A stretch of DNA of 64,000 nt, from the NCBI GenBank assembly GCA_963706685.1, contig CAVPMY010000012.1, positions 48,564 through 112,563 on the forward strand, written 5' to 3'. The notes beneath the pieces are model-generated. The model saw only the letters and a program-made list of their open reading frames with translations. It searched no databases and was not told where the DNA came from. This document shows, one piece after another, positions 1-10,885 of this stretch. Made by a program: the position numbers and the translations under genes. Source of the DNA: an uncultured beta proteobacterium. Lineage in GTDB: Bacteria; Pseudomonadota; Gammaproteobacteria; Burkholderiales; Burkholderiaceae_C. Every line of letters starts with the position of its first letter. Position 1 is the stretch's first letter.

Positions 1-1163
1 CCGAAGGGCTCGTCGTTGAAGACCTTGGCCGTCAGCGGTACCTCGGTGAGCACTGTCGGCGCAAAGAAATTGCCCGACGAGCCGATGCGCTCGCCACCGG
101 CCAGCAGCTTGGCACCCAGTTTGACGGCGTCCTCAGTGAACTGCTGCATCGCCGCCAGGCGACGCGGATTGGCCAGGGGCCCCAGCGTCGTGTCCTTGGC
201 CATGCCGTCGCCGACCTTGTGCGCCTGCGTCTGCGCCACCAGCACGCGCTCGAACTCGGCGCGGATGCTGTTGTGAACGAGAAAGCGCGTCGGTGCGATG
301 CAGACCTGGCCGGCATTGCGAAACTTGGCCCCGCCCGCGGCTTTCACCGCCAGCGCGATATCGGCGTCTTCGGCAACGATCACCGGTGCATGGCCGCCGA
401 GTTCCATGGTGACGCGTTTCATGTGCTGGCCGGCCATGGCGGCCAGCTGCTTGCCCACCGGCGTGCTGCCGGTGAAGGTGATCTTGCGGATCACCGGGTG
501 CGGGATCAGGTAGCTCGAAATCTCGGCCGGGTCGCCATAGACCAGGCCGATGACACCCGCCGGCACGCCGGCATCGACGAAGGCCCTGATCAGCGCGGCC
601 GGCGAGGCCGGCGTTTCTTCCGGCGCCTTGACGATGATCGAGCAGCCCGTGGACAGCGCCGCGCTGACCTTGCGCACCACCTGGTTGAGCGGAAAGTTCC
701 AGGGCGTGAACGCGGCCACCGGACCGACGGGCTCCTTGAGCACCAGGGCCTGGTTGGCCATGTGGCGCGGCGGCACGATGCGGCCATAGACGCGGCGGCT
801 CTCGTCGGCGAACCACTCGATGGTGTCGGCCGTGCTCAGCGTCTCGCCCTTGGACTCGGCCAGCGGCTTGCCCTGCTCCTGGGTCATCATCGCCGCGATG
901 GCGTCGAGCCGCTCGCGGACCAGCGCCGCGGCCTGGCGCATGATCTTGGCGCGTTCGATGGCCGGCATGGCGCGCCAGGTGGCAAAGCCCTTTTGCGCCG
1001 CCGCGAGCGCGCGGTCCAGATCGGCGCGGCCGGCATGCGCGACACGGCCGATTTCGGCGCCGCTGGCAGGGTTGACCACCGCCAGCGTGCGGCCGTCGGC
1101 GGCGTCGCACCATTGGCCGTCGATCAGCAGCTGGGTGGAAGGGTAGGCGGGTGTTGTGCTCAT
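1..1163 (-). CDS. NAD(P)+-dependent aldehyde dehydrogenase (succinate-semialdehyde / 2,5-dioxovalerate dehydrogenase-like); 3' end runs off the left edge
   Basis: Own translation of the minus strand from ATG at 1163: [18 protein letters not shown]... ALDH motifs [10 protein letters not shown] and [13 protein letters not shown]. Absent from the ORF track because there is no stop inside the window. Confidence 0.85.
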   Translation of the reverse strand, partial: MSTTPAYPSTQLLIDGQWCDAADGRTLAVVNPASGAEIGRVAHAGRADLDRALAAAQKGFATWRAMPAIERAKIMRQAAALVRERLDAIAAMMTQEQGKPLAESKGETLSTADTIEWFADESRRVYGRIVPPRHMANQALVLKEPVGPVAAFTPWNFPLNQVVRKVSAALSTGCSIIVKAPEETPASPAALIRAFVDAGVPAGVIGLVYGDPAEISSYLIPHPVIRKITFTGSTPVGKQLAAMAGQHMKRVTMELGGHAPVIVAEDADIALAVKAAGGAKFRNAGQVCIAPTRFLVHNSIRAEFERVLVAQTQAHKVGDGMAKDTTLGPLANPRRLAAMQQFTEDAVKLGAKLLAGGERIGSSGNFFAPTVLTEVPLTAKVFNDEPF

Positions 1164-1234
1164 GGCGTCAAGGACGGGTTGGTCGGCATGGGCGCATTGT
1201 CGCGCCGTCCGAATGCCCTTGAATGACGCCTGTC

Positions 1235-2167
1235 TCAGGCCTGGCCCGCGGGGCGCCTGCCGCGCCGGCGGCGCGTGTTGTCGAGCTCCGTCGGCACGGC
1301 CAGGCCCGCGGTGAGGACGTCGTGCAGCGCCGCCACCACGCGCAACGCTTGTATCTGGCGCGGTGCAGCCGGCGCTGTTGGCGCCCTGGCGGCGGGCGTC
1401 GCATCGGCGGGCCCGTGCTCCAACAGGCGTTGCAGATCAGGCTCGGGCGGGAGCGACGAAACCATGGCCAAGGGCAGCTCCGGAGCAACGGCGCGGGCCG
1501 GCGCGTGTGCCTGCCGGGTGAACAGGAACCCGCCGAACAGGCACAGCGCACCGAGCGCCAGCCATGCCGGACTTGGCACCGACAGCGAGGGCCAGGCCAT
1601 CGGCGCGGAGCCCGACCAGACCTGCAGCCGCACTTCGGTGATGTCCAGGTTGTGGGCGTGGACGAGCGACAGCATCGGCGCGACCCGGCGCTGGCTGCGA
1701 AAGGTCACCGGTGCACTGACGGCCGTCAGCGTCACCGGGGCGCCGGCCGAGGCTGTGTCGCGGGCGATGCCGTTGAGGGACATCAGCACCTCGCGCGTGG
1801 CCACCGCCGACTCTTGCACCTCCCAGCCGGTCTGCCAGCGCGAACGGCTGTCGCCTGCCCCTCGCGCGACGCCGCGGACGGTCAGCACCAGGGTGTAGGG
1901 GTTGCGGCCGGGGCCGACGCTCTGCACCGGGCCGACCCACATCGCGCTGTCGGCTGATGGCGGTTGCGCGGCGGTGTCGCCGCTTGTTGAGTCGGCCGCA
2001 GCGGCGCCCAGTGCGCCGTGGCGTCCCAGCAGGTCGGCCGGCAGGTCGTACTGCGCCACGAGTTCCTTGCCGTAGGCGCGGGGCTGGCTGCCCGCGGCCG
2101 GTACGGCAAAGGCAAACGCCATCACCGCCGCCAAGATCAACGCGACGCGAACTGCTCCCGTGCCCAC
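1235..2167 (-). CDS. hypothetical membrane protein
   Basis: ORF 1235..2266(-). Start placed at GTG 2167, 4 nt after AGGAGG (rc of 2172-2177). Two hydrophobic segments ([33 protein letters not shown]). No family recognised. Confidence 0.45.
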   Translation of the reverse strand: MGTGAVRVALILAAVMAFAFAVPAAGSQPRAYGKELVAQYDLPADLLGRHGALGAAAADSTSGDTAAQPPSADSAMWVGPVQSVGPGRNPYTLVLTVRGVARGAGDSRSRWQTGWEVQESAVATREVLMSLNGIARDTASAGAPVTLTAVSAPVTFRSQRRVAPMLSLVHAHNLDITEVRLQVWSGSAPMAWPSLSVPSPAWLALGALCLFGGFLFTRQAHAPARAVAPELPLAMVSSLPPEPDLQRLLEHGPADATPAARAPTAPAAPRQIQALRVVAALHDVLTAGLAVPTELDNTRRRRGRRPAGQA

Positions 2168-2337
2168 CCAGCCTCCTCTTGTCAGCGCCACATCGAGCGC
2201 CCTGTGAGGCACATTGTTAACAGTCGTGAGTGCCACGGCGATCCTTGGAATGGGTGCCCGCGCCACGGCAAACCTGCATCCGGATTGGTATCCCCGGCCA
2301 CGCTGCGGGCGCCGTTTGGCTGGCCCGCCTTACGCGC

Positions 2338-3051
2338 TCAGGCGAAGCTCAGCAGCGTGCGCACCACCTCTTGCGGCGCACTGATCATCGGGCAGTGGCC
2401 GGTCGCGATCTCGACGATCTGCCAGCCCGGCTGCGAGCGCACGCGCGCCCGCATGGCGTCGATGGTCGGGTAGGCGGGCTGCGTGCAATCGATGAAGCAG
2501 CGCGGCAGACGGGCCCAGCGTGCGCCGTCGAACGGCAACGCCACGCGGTACATGCCGAACGGGTGCGGCACCTGGCGGCGCAACAGCCAGTCGCGGTCAG
2601 CGCCCTCGATGCCGAAGTCGGCCGGGTCGGGCGGCGGCAACGCGTTGTCGTGGGCTTTCGCCGCAGCCAGCCGCGCCTGCACGATCTCGGGCGGATGGCC
2701 GGCGCCCCAGCCTTCGCCGGGCAGCGGCACCATGGCATCGACATACACCAGTTGCTTGATGCGCACCGCGCCGTGCGCCAGCAGCGCATCGGCTGCGCCG
2801 GTGATAACCATGCCACCATAGCTGTGCCCGACCAGCACGACGTCCTGCAGTTCCTCGGCATGGATCAATCCGAGCACATCGTCGATATGGTTCTGCAGCG
2901 AGATGTCGGCGCGTCTCAGGTGTGCGCGCTCGCCATCACCGGTCAGCGTCACCGCGTGCACCTCGTGGCCCGCGGCGCGCAGCGGGCCGAGGATGCGGCG
3001 CCAGATCCAGGCGCCGCCCCAGGCGCCGTGGACAAGAACATAGGTCGTCAT
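2338..3051 (-). CDS. alpha/beta hydrolase (esterase-like)
   Basis: ORF 2338..3336(-). Real start at ATG 3051 (MTTYVLVHGAWGG...). Nucleophile elbow VLVGHSYGG. Confidence 0.8.
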   Translation of the reverse strand: MTTYVLVHGAWGGAWIWRRILGPLRAAGHEVHAVTLTGDGERAHLRRADISLQNHIDDVLGLIHAEELQDVVLVGHSYGGMVITGAADALLAHGAVRIKQLVYVDAMVPLPGEGWGAGHPPEIVQARLAAAKAHDNALPPPDPADFGIEGADRDWLLRRQVPHPFGMYRVALPFDGARWARLPRCFIDCTQPAYPTIDAMRARVRSQPGWQIVEIATGHCPMISAPQEVVRTLLSFA

Positions 3052-3067
3052 GGCGCCACAATAAGCC

Positions 3068-3923
3068 ATGAAGCTGCTGAGCTGGAATATCCAGTGGTGC
3101 CGCGGCGTCGACGGCCGCGTCGACCCGCAGCGCATCGGGCGCACGATCCGCGAGCTCGCCGCCGATGCCGATGTGATCTGCCTGCAGGAAGTCGCGCGCG
3201 GCTTCGACACGCTCGCCGGCAGCGGCGGCGAAGACCAGTTCGCTTTGCTGGCGGCCGAATTCGCCGGCTGGACGGCGCTCGAAGGCGTTGCCGTCGACAT
3301 GGCAGCGGACCAGGGCCGGCGGCGCCAGTTCGGCAACCTGCTGCTGTCGCGCCTGCCGGTGCGTCAGGCCTGGCGCCACCTGCTGCCCTGGCCGGCCGAC
3401 GCCGACCATGCCGACATGCAGCGCGTGGCGATCGAAGCCGTGATCGAGACCGTGGATGTGGGCGACTTGCGCGTCACCTGCACGCACCTGGCCTACTACG
3501 CGGCGGCGCAGCGCCTGGCCCAGGTCGATGCGCTGCGTGCGCTGCATGCCGCCGCGCCGGGCCATGGCGCGCCGCCGGCGCGCGCCGACAGTTCGGGCGG
3601 CCCCTTCCACTGGCGGCCGCGGCCGGCGGCGGGCATTGTCTGCGGCGACTTCAACTGCGAACCCGATTCGCCGGGCCATGCGCGCATGCTCGAGCCCTGT
3701 GCCGACGCCACGCCGGCGTTTGCCGATGCGTGGCGGGTGGCGCACCCGGGCCGGGCGCACGACGACACCGTCGGCCTGTACGACACGGTGCAATGGCCAC
3801 GCCGCTTCGCCTGCGATTTCGTCTTCGTGTCGCAGGACCTGGCGCCACGGGTCCAATCGTTGAGCGTCGATGCGGCCAGTGACGCGTCGGATCACCAGGC
3901 GCTGGTCTTGAACGCTGAACTAA
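3068..3923 (+). CDS. endonuclease/exonuclease/phosphatase (EEP) family protein; in-frame stop missing
   Basis: ORF 3068..4372(+). The first ~285 aa look like an EEP fold (MKLLSWNIQW, CLQEV, CGDFN, SDHQALV). The frame then runs ~450 nt through the convergent permease. TAA at 3921-3923 is in the +1 frame. Confidence 0.65.
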
Positions 3924-4743
3924 CGCCCGACCATCGCCAGCACATCGGCCTTCAGGAAACGCTCGACGATCAGCATGAAGGCGATCGACGGCACGAGCAG
4001 CAGCAGCGCCGTGATCGAGGCGATCTGGTAGTTGCCGCCCATGCTGGCGTTGAACATCAGCAGCGGCAGCGTGGTCACGTCGGGCACGCCGACGAAGTAG
4101 GTGCCGGTGAACTCGTCGAGCGACTCGAGGAAGACGAAGATCGCGCTGGCGATCAGGCCCGGCGCGGCCAGCGGCAGCGTCACCGTGGCGAAGCAGCGCC
4201 ACGGGCCGGCGCCCATGTTGCGCGCCGCCTCTTCGAGCTGGCCGTCGACGGCGGCGAAGGCGGCGCTGGCGATCCACACCGCCAGCACCAGGCCATGCGC
4301 GGCATGCACCAGCACGACGCCGAGCACGGTGCCGTTGAGGCCGCAGCTCGTAGAACATGCGCGCGATGTTGACGTAGATCGGCAGATTCGGAATCGCCTG
4401 CGGCAGCAGGAACAGCAGCAGGATGAGCGCCGCGCCACGGCAGCTTCAGTCGCGCCAGCGCATAGCCGGCCGGCACCGCGACGGCCAGGCAGAAGGCCAC
4501 CGTCAGCACGGCGATCCAGACGCTGGTGACGAGCGACTGCACGGCATTGCCGCGCGGCTCGAAGACCCGCGCCCAGAAGGTGAGGCCGAACTGCTGCGGC
4601 ATCTTGCCCGGGAAGTACCAGCGCTCGGCAAAGGCCCACAGCAGCAGGTTGGCCAGCGGGCCGAAGATCAGGAAGGCGAGCAGGGCGATTGCCAGCGCGC
4701 GCAGCAGCATCTTCGCGGCCCGCGTTGCCGCCGCCGCATTCAT
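3920..4743 (-). pseudogene. ABC transporter permease (binding-protein-dependent type), at least 2 frame breaks
   Basis: Spliced from three minus-strand frames: MNAAAATRAAKMLLRAL...ARLKLPWRG / LILLLFLLPQAIPNLPIYVNIARMFYEL / GLNGTVLGVVLVHAAHG...EAARNMGAGPW...LAMVGR. Breaks near 4430 and 4342. Confidence 0.8.
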
Positions 4744-5581
4744 CGTGCCGCCTCGGCCGCACCCACCGCATGGCGCAGATAGACCCAGGCGCGCGAGCGA
4801 GGCGAACAGCATCGAGACCAGGCACAGCGCGTTGGCCACCGCGTAGTCGCCATGGGTGCTGATGCGGTAGGCGACGTCGACCGTCATCATCGTCGGCGAG
4901 TTGGGATTGATCATCAACGGCACCGACAGCACCGACAGCATGGTGACGAACGACAGCACCAGGCCGACGAGCAGGGTGCCGCGCACCTGCGGCAGCACGA
5001 TGCCCCAGAGCACGCGCCAGCGCGGCGCGCCGAGGTTGCGCGCGGCTTCGATGTGCTGGGCATCGATCGAGGCCATCGCGCCGGCCAGCAGCAGGGTGAC
5101 GAAAGGCGCCTGCTTCCAGACGAAGGCGATGACGATGCCGCGCCAGTCGAGCAGGCTCTGCGCGGCCAGCGGATCGATCAGGCCGCCGCCGACGAGCACA
5201 TGGTTGAGCATGCCGTTCTTGGCCAGGAAGGTGCGCATCACCTGGCCGGTGACGACGAAGGGAATGAACAGCGGCCAGCGGTAGAGCCAGCGCAGCGCAG
5301 CCTTCGTGCGTTGGTGTCCGCCGAGCGTCAGGTAGCCGCCGATGGCGATCGCCACCGCCGCGATCAGCACACACGACAGCAGCACGATCAGCACCGTGAA
5401 CAGCATGTCTTTCGAGTACAGCTCGAAAGACTTCTCGAAATGCGCCAGCGTCAATGCGCCCTGCCTGGGTGGTCAGCGCGCTGTGCACCGACAGCGCGAG
5501 CGGCACCAGGAAGAAGACGGCGATGACGGCGAGCGCCGGGCTGATCAGCAGCAGCCCGGCCGCTCGAGGCGACAACCTCAC
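4740..5581 (-). pseudogene. ABC transporter permease, at least 2 frame breaks
   Basis: GTG 5581 overlaps the stop of the upstream gene (GTGA). RLSPRAAGLLLISPALAVIAVFFLVPLALS... then LTLAHFEKSFELYS...EAARNLGAPRW... Plausible C-terminus AWVYLRHAVGAAEAAR with TGA overlapping the next ATG. Breaks near 5458 and 4792. Confidence 0.8.
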
Positions 5582-6725
5582 TTCAATACGACCCGCTCGT
5601 AACCCTCGACGATGTCGGTGAAGTAGTCCGACAGCGGGAACGGCCGGCCATAGCGCTGCAGCGCGTCGGGCTTGATGTCGGTGAACAGCTTGTCCCAGCT
5701 CGCCTTGTCGAGCTTGCTCTGCACATGCTGCGCATCGATGCCGGGGTACCAGTTGAACTTCTTGACGATGCCCTCGGCCTGGATCTCCGGGCTGGCCGCG
5801 AATTCGACGAACTTGCGTGCCACTGCTGCGTTGGCCGCTTTCGCCGGCACCACGTAGTACATCGGCTGGCCGGGCAGGCCGGGCTCGGGCAGCGCGAGCT
5901 TGAGTTTGGGACGCAGCTTGCCGTCGGCCTGCCAGGTGTAGAACATGTCGACCCAGACCGGGCCCATCGCGATCTCGCCGCGGTTGAGCATGTCCAGCGT
6001 GCCGGCATTGCCCGGCGTGATGACGACGCTCTTGTTGAACTCCTTCAGGCTGCCGAGCGCCTTGTCGATGTCGGCCTTCTTGGCCGCGTCGTAGGGCCCT
6101 TCTTCGAGCGTCTTGCCCAGACCGCTGTTGGCCGAGACATAGCCCATCACGAAGCCGACGCCCGACATGCCGCCCTTGACGCCGTTGTAGCCGAACTGCT
6201 TCGGGTATTTCGTGACCCAGGCCTCGAGTTCGGTGAAGGTCGTCGGCGGCGCCTTGACCAGGTCGGGGTTGTAGGCCAGCGCGATCTGGCTGTGGAACAT
6301 CGGGATCACAAAGCCGTCGACGTTCTGTGCCGAGCGCGTTCTTGGCCGTGTCGCGGGTCACCAGCTTGTCGGCGGCGATCTGGTTGCGGTACGAGGCCAG
6401 CAGGTTTTCCTTCACCATCGTCGCGGCGCCGCGCTGGTGGATCACGGCCACGTCGACGTCCCAGGCGGCGACGCCGGCCTTCGACTGCGCCGACAGCTTC
6501 TCGTAGATCTTCATGCGAGCCGGCGTCGCCCGGGCCGGTGCCCACGGCCTTGACCGACACGCCCGGGTTCAACTTCTCGAAGCGCGGCCCGAGAAAGGTG
6601 TTGACGTAGTCGACCATGTTCTGGTCGCCTGCGGTGACCACGTTGAGCGTGGTCTGGGCGGCAGCCGGCAGCGCCGACATCAGCGCGGCCATCGAGAGTA
6701 CAAGCAGCTTCATCGACGTCTCCAT
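5578..6725 (-). pseudogene. ABC transporter periplasmic solute-binding protein (family 1, PotD/AfuA-like), 2 frame breaks
   Basis: Signal peptide MKLLVLSMAALMSALPAAAQ, then KIYEKLSAQSKAGVAAWDVDV..., then NVDGFVIPMFHSQIALAYNPD...VVLK, in three frames. Breaks near 6514 and 6328. Confidence 0.8.
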
Positions 6726-6728
6726 AGT

Positions 6729-7748
6729 TCAAGTGGGGAAAAAGAGCAAAGCATCGCGCGGCACGATGACATGGGTGCGACTGCCCTCCGCGACCGGCGC
6801 CGGGTCATCGACCCAGACCTGGCCGCGGCCGACGCGCACGCGATAGCGGTAGCCGTTGCCGAGGTAGGACGCCTGCTCGACGGTGCCATGCAGGCTGAGC
6901 GCGGCCGGGTCGGCGGCCGCGGCGCTGGCCAGCCGCGCGCGGTCGCCGCGGAAATGCACGCGCGTGCGCCGTGTCGCGGCCTCGTCGGCCAGTCGCAGCG
7001 CGCCACCGTCGTCGACCAGGTCGACGGCGTTGTCGGCGCCCATGAAACCGGCCACGAAGGCGCTGGCCGGGCGATGGAACACTTCTTCCGGCGTGCCGTA
7101 CTGCAGCACATGGCCGCCGTCGATGACGGCGATGCGGTCGGCCAGCGTCAGCGCCTCTTCGCGGTCGTGGGTGACGTACAGGGCGGTGATGCCGACGCGC
7201 CGCTGCAAGGCCCGCAACTCATGCCGCAGGTCGAGCCGCACCTTGTAGTCGAGGTTGCTCATCGGCTCGTCGAGCAGCAGCAGCAGCGGATCGACCGCCA
7301 GCGCGCGGCCCATCGCCACGCGCTGCCGCTGCCCGCCCGACAGCGAGCCGACGCCACGCGGCCCGAAGCCGTCGAGCTGCAGCAGCTTCAACATCTCGGC
7401 CACACGCTCGGCAATCCGCCGCTTGGCCACGCCGCGCATGCGCAGGCCATAGCCGATGTTGGCCGCCACGTCCATGTGCGGCCACAGTGCGTACGACTGG
7501 AACATCATCGCCGTCTGTCGTGCCTCGGGCGGCAGGTGCGTGATATCGCGCCCGTCGACGACGATGCGGCCCGAGAGCGGCTGCACGAAGCCGGCGATCG
7601 AGCGCAACAGCGTCGTCTTGCCGCAGCCCGAACTGCCCAGCAGGGCCACCATTTCGCCACGCTGTACCTCGAGGCTGACGCGATCGAGCACCGGCGCCTG
7701 GGCGCCGTACGACACGCTGATCGATTCGATCGAGAGGTAGGCGGGCAT
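6729..7748 (-). CDS. ABC transporter ATP-binding protein (PotA/FbpC-like)
   Basis: Intact 339-aa ORF. Walker A GSSGCGKTT, signature LSGGQRQR, Walker B LLLLDEP. C-terminal TOBE-like region. Confidence 0.9.
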   Translation of the reverse strand: MPAYLSIESISVSYGAQAPVLDRVSLEVQRGEMVALLGSSGCGKTTLLRSIAGFVQPLSGRIVVDGRDITHLPPEARQTAMMFQSYALWPHMDVAANIGYGLRMRGVAKRRIAERVAEMLKLLQLDGFGPRGVGSLSGGQRQRVAMGRALAVDPLLLLLDEPMSNLDYKVRLDLRHELRALQRRVGITALYVTHDREEALTLADRIAVIDGGHVLQYGTPEEVFHRPASAFVAGFMGADNAVDLVDDGGALRLADEAATRRTRVHFRGDRARLASAAAADPAALSLHGTVEQASYLGNGYRYRVRVGRGQVWVDDPAPVAEGSRTHVIVPRDALLFFPT

Positions 7749-7876
7749 GGCAGCTCCCGGCCCGATGGACCGGGAGCGATCGAATCTACTCCCCGCCGGT
7801 GCTCAACGCATGAGGGTCTGTACCGGCGCGATCGCGGCGCGGCGCAGCCCACGCCGCGCGGCGGGTATTGCGTGCG

Positions 7877-8500
7877 TCAAGGGATGGTCTTGGAGGCCTC
7901 GGCCGAGAAGTCGCTTTCGTTGCCGGCACCGTCGTACGCGGTGGCCGCGAAGTAGTACGTGCGCCCGGACTGCAGGTTGCCGATGACATAGCTCGTGCCG
8001 GCTCCTGCCGGCACGCCTGCACCGCGCGCTTGCTGATAGTTGCGCGACCCCGTGCCCCAATAGACGCGATAGCCGACGACGCGCGCGTCGGGTGCCGGGT
8101 TCCATTGCAGCGTGGCGGTGCCGAAGGCCGGCGGCGCTGGTGCAGGGGCTGGAGCGGGCGCAGGAGCCGGCGCTGGGGCGGGCGCAGGTGCGGGACGGGG
8201 GGCAGGTGCCGGTGCAGGGGCAGGCGCCGGTGCAGGAGGCGGCGGCGCAGGCGCTGGGGCCGGCGTCGGCGCAGGGCTGGGAGCGGGAGACGGGGCAGGG
8301 GCCGGTGCGGGCGCAGGTGAAGGCGCTGGCGCAGGCGCAGGCGCAGGTCCAGAGACTGGCGCCGGCGTTGGGTCAGACGCACCAACCGGCGCTGAAGTGT
8401 CGGTGTTCGCGGAGCCGGATCCACCACCACAAGCAGCCAATACAGCGACCGACAAGGACAGGAACGCGAGCTTGGCGTGTTGGCAGGAGGGACGGGTCAT
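7877..8500 (-). CDS. lipoprotein with long Pro-Ala linker and C-terminal fibronectin type III-like domain
   Basis: ORF 7877..8599(-). Start placed at MTRPSCQHAKLAFLSLSVAVLAACGGG (lipobox LAAC). About 75 aa of (P-A/S-P) repeats. C-terminus LQWNPAPDARVVGYRVYWG...TYYFAATAYDGAGNES. Confidence 0.7.
   Translation of the reverse strand: MTRPSCQHAKLAFLSLSVAVLAACGGGSGSANTDTSAPVGASDPTPAPVSGPAPAPAPAPSPAPAPAPAPSPAPSPAPTPAPAPAPPPPAPAPAPAPAPAPRPAPAPAPAPAPAPAPAPAPAPPAFGTATLQWNPAPDARVVGYRVYWGTGSRNYQQARGAGVPAGAGTSYVIGNLQSGRTYYFAATAYDGAGNESDFSAEASKTIP
8130..8365. repeat. low-complexity GC-rich coding repeat, (Pro-Ala)n on the minus strand
   Basis: Runs of ggcgc[a/t]gg[g/t]gc units. Produces a (GA)n shadow ORF on the plus strand (8112..8567). 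Confidence 0.8.
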
Positions 8501-8827
8501 CACGGTGGCGCAGCCAAGGAAACAAGTCAGACCCCTAGTGTTGGGGGGGTCAGACCAGCCCCTGTAACAAAACGCCGAGCACCGGACTTTCCAGAGCACG
8601 CGCCAGCGCGGCCGGGGGCATCGACCTCTGTTACATGTGGGAGCGAATTAAGGCCTCCAGCGTGCCGTTGCCGGCGCTTCTCCGTCATTTATTCACGCCG
8701 CGGCGGCCTGGCGAGCTGCAGAGTTGTCTCAAGCTGCGTGAACACGATCGGCGGCCAAACGGGCGACGACGCCAGGGCTGGCGGTTCCTCAAAGGCGGCA
8801 TTCGATCCCGCAGCACACTACGCACCC

Positions 8828-10066
8828 ATGTCCCGACAGATCCTCATCGACTGCCGCCGCTTGCTGTCCGTGCGTGGCGAGGCCAACAGTCCGGTGTTGG
8901 CTGCGGGCATCGTGGCCCGACTGGACGCACTCGACGACAGCCAGCGCAACCGTTTCTTCGAGCGCCTGGCCAGCGATTTCAGCCCCGACCCCAAGACCGT
9001 GCTCGAAGCGGCACAGGCCTACGCCAACGATCCGCAGGCCGAGGCCATGATTCACCTGGCGCAGGTGGCCGAGCCGCCGCGCCAGGAGCTGTTTCGGCGC
9101 CTGAACCGGGCGCCCGGCGGCACCGCGGCCATCGTGCGCCTGCGCCGCGCGCTGCTCGACCGCCTGCCCAGGCAGAAGCCGGAGCTGGCCGCTGTCGAGG
9201 CCGACTTGCTGCACCTGCTGTCGAGCTGGTTCAACCCGGGATTCCTGGAGATGCGGCGCGTCGACTGGAACTCGCCTGCGCAACTGCTCGAACAGATCAT
9301 CCGCCACGAGGCGGTGCACGAGATCGACGGCTGGGACGACCTGCGCCGCCGCCTGCAGCCCGACCGGCGCTGCTTCGCGTTCTTCCATCCGCAGCTGCCC
9401 GACGAGCCGCTGATCTTCGTCGAGGTGGCGCTGGTGTCCGAGATGCCCGGCGCCATCGCGCCGCTGATCGACAAGCGCGCGCAGCCGTTGCCGAGCGAGC
9501 AGTTCAAGGTCGCGGTGTTCTACTCGATCAGCAATTGCCAGCCGGGCCTGCGCGGCGTGTCGCTCGGCAACTTTCTGATCAAGCGCGTGGCCGAACAGTT
9601 GAAGCGCGAGTTGCCGCAGCTCAAGACCTTCTGCACGCTGTCGCCGATCCCCGGCTTCATGGCCTGGCTCACCAAGTCGCGCCCCGACGCACTGCCCGTG
9701 AAGATTCAGCGCGCCCACGACGAGCTGCATGCCGCCTGCAGCGACGGCTTTGCCGCGCTGACCAACGCCTCTCGGCTGGCGGCGCTGCCGGGCTCGGCGC
9801 ACCACGTGTTGTGGCGTCTGGCCGCGCACTACCTTGCGCATGTCTCGCCGTTGCCCGAGGGCGATCCGGTGGCGCGCTTTCACCTCGACAACGGCGCGCG
9901 GCTCGAACGCCTGAACGCGCAGGCCAACCTGTCACCCAAGGGCCTCAGGCAGTCGGCCGGCCTGATGGTGAATTACCTGTATGACCTGTCGCGCATCGAA
10001 AGGCATCATGACCGTTTTGCGCGCGGCCAGGTGGCGGCCAGTCGGGCGGTCTCCGCGCTGTTGTGA
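8828..10066 (+). CDS. matA: malonyl-CoA decarboxylase
   Basis: ORF 8477..10066(+). ATG at 8828 (MSRQILIDCRRLL). MCD-family sequence FYSISNCQPGLRGVSLGNFLIKRV, FHLDNGARLERLN. Confidence 0.8.
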   Translation: MSRQILIDCRRLLSVRGEANSPVLAAGIVARLDALDDSQRNRFFERLASDFSPDPKTVLEAAQAYANDPQAEAMIHLAQVAEPPRQELFRRLNRAPGGTAAIVRLRRALLDRLPRQKPELAAVEADLLHLLSSWFNPGFLEMRRVDWNSPAQLLEQIIRHEAVHEIDGWDDLRRRLQPDRRCFAFFHPQLPDEPLIFVEVALVSEMPGAIAPLIDKRAQPLPSEQFKVAVFYSISNCQPGLRGVSLGNFLIKRVAEQLKRELPQLKTFCTLSPIPGFMAWLTKSRPDALPVKIQRAHDELHAACSDGFAALTNASRLAALPGSAHHVLWRLAAHYLAHVSPLPEGDPVARFHLDNGARLERLNAQANLSPKGLRQSAGLMVNYLYDLSRIERHHDRFARGQVAASRAVSALL

Positions 10067-10094
10067 ACCAACGAGACAGGAAAGGAGCCTGCGG

Positions 10095-10873
10095 GTGACC
10101 GGCTCGGTTCTCTACACGCTGCCCGACGCGGCCGGCGTCGCGCGCCTGACGCTGTCCAACCCCGGCAAGCTCAATGCGCTGTCGGTGGCGATGTGGCGCG
10201 AGTTGCGCTCGCATGTCGCGCGCCTGAACGCCCGCCATGGCGACGTGCGCGTGCTCATCGTCGCCGGCGAAGGCGGCCAGTTCGCCGCGGGCGGCGACAT
10301 CGAGGAGTTCCCGCAGTTCCGCTTCGACGCCACCACGCTGGCGCGCTTTCATGAAGAAGACGTGCGCCCGGCCCTGCAGGCCCTGCTCGATTGCGATCTG
10401 CCGCTGCTGGCGCAGATCGACGGCGCCTGCATCGGCGGCGGCCTGGAGATCGCCGCCTGCTGCGACATCCGCATCGGCGGTGCGGGCGCCGTTTCGGCGT
10501 GCCGATTGCCCGGCTCGGCTTTCCGCTGGCGCCGGCGGAGATGGAGATGATGGCCGCGGTGATGGGCCGCACGGTGTTGCGCGAGTTGCTGATCGAGGCC
10601 CGCGTGCTCGATGCGCAGGAAGCCTTGGCGCGCGGCCTGTTGACGCGTGTCGTCGCCGATACCGATGTGGCTGCACAGGCGCGCGCCGCCGCCGAGCGCA
10701 TCGCCGAGCTGTCGCCGCAGGCGCTGCGCCTGAACAAGCGCGCCCTGCGCCAGTTCGCGCACGCCAGGCACAGCACCGCGGCCGAACGCGCGCCGCACTA
10801 TGCCTACGCCGCCAGCGACGAGCACCGCGAGGGGCTGGCGGCGTTCATGCAGAAGAGAAAACCACGCTTTTGA
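10095..10873 (+). pseudogene. enoyl-CoA hydratase/isomerase (crotonase) family, 1 frame break
   Basis: GTG 10095 after AAAGGAG. ...AGGDIEEF...GACIGGGLEIAACCDIRIGGAGA / RFGVPIARLGFPLAPAEM... in two frames. Break near 10488. Confidence 0.75.
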
Positions 10874-10885
10874 AGGAGGGGCGTG

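Noticed and set aside
133-1226. Long ORFs 133..1113(-) and 219..1226(+) at the left edge
   Set aside because: They are Arg/Gly/Pro/His-rich shadow frames of the aldehyde dehydrogenase gene, which is in a third frame and missing from the track because it lacks an in-window stop. This composition is typical of off-frame translation of high-GC coding DNA.
3920-6514. 864-aa ORF on the minus strand
   Set aside because: It is a composite. Only short stretches (C-terminus of permease 2, N-terminus of permease 1, middle of the binding protein) are in the true frame. The rest is off-frame read-through made possible by the frame breaks and high GC.
8130-8365. Possible CRISPR array or other spaced repeats
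   Set aside because: The repeats are short, degenerate, contiguous and coding, with no unique spacers. No cas genes or regularly spaced direct repeats occur anywhere in the window.
8112-8567. (Gly-Ala)n ORF on the plus strand
   Set aside because: It is the complement of the Pro-Ala linker of the lipoprotein. The minus-strand ORF has a lipobox signal peptide and a folded C-terminal domain; the plus-strand ORF has neither.
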